From contig JBNZDD010013686.1 in assembly GCA_050575255.1 (NCBI GenBank), positions 5,173,794 to 5,237,793 on the forward strand: a stretch of 64,000 nt of DNA. The letters run 5' to 3'. Shown in pieces: positions 63,956-64,000 of this stretch. A model generated the notes under the pieces. That model was given only the letters and a program-made list of their open reading frames with translations. It searched no databases and was not told the DNA's origin. Every line of letters begins with the position of its first letter. The stretch's first letter is position 1. The translations under genes were made by a program, and so were the position numbers. This stretch comes from Harriotta raleighana (Eukaryota).

Positions 63956-64000
63956 TACATAATCTGTTCAAATCATTTGCCATTAGTGAGGAAATGTCAA

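Overview
Vertebrate genomic DNA (AT-rich, intron-dominated, draft assembly with N gaps). The SINE/LINE content suggests a cartilaginous fish, probably a chimaera (inference). There are two spliced genes, both on the minus strand. The first is the 3' end of a mastermind-like gene (MAMLD1 by synteny, MAML2-like in sequence): three coding exons at 37510-37656, 35132-35240 and 32970-34021, with an intron of more than 26 kb running off the right edge. The second, about 7 kb downstream, is the 5' two-thirds of myotubularin MTM1: a CpG-rich promoter at ~25.2-25.8 kb and ten coding exons from 18897 down to 1122, giving 417 aa with an intact HCSDGWDR phosphatase site; the gene continues off the left edge. 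All exon boundaries were read directly, are GT-AG and are phase-consistent. The rest is tRNA-derived SINEs, Deu-type SINEs, L2/CR1 LINE fragments, one TA-flanked Tc1/mariner MITE, microsatellites and a gapped G-rich tract. I found no convincing new biological system. The best leads are divergence of MTM1 at disease- and desmin-associated residues, loss of the MAML2 PPxY motif, a CLEAR-like E-box plus a CACGCACGAC array in the MTM1 promoter, ~60-nt L2 tail-only insertions reciprocally nested with the SINE, and inverted SINEs flanking an in-frame exon. Comparisons with human proteins are from memory and need confirming by alignment.
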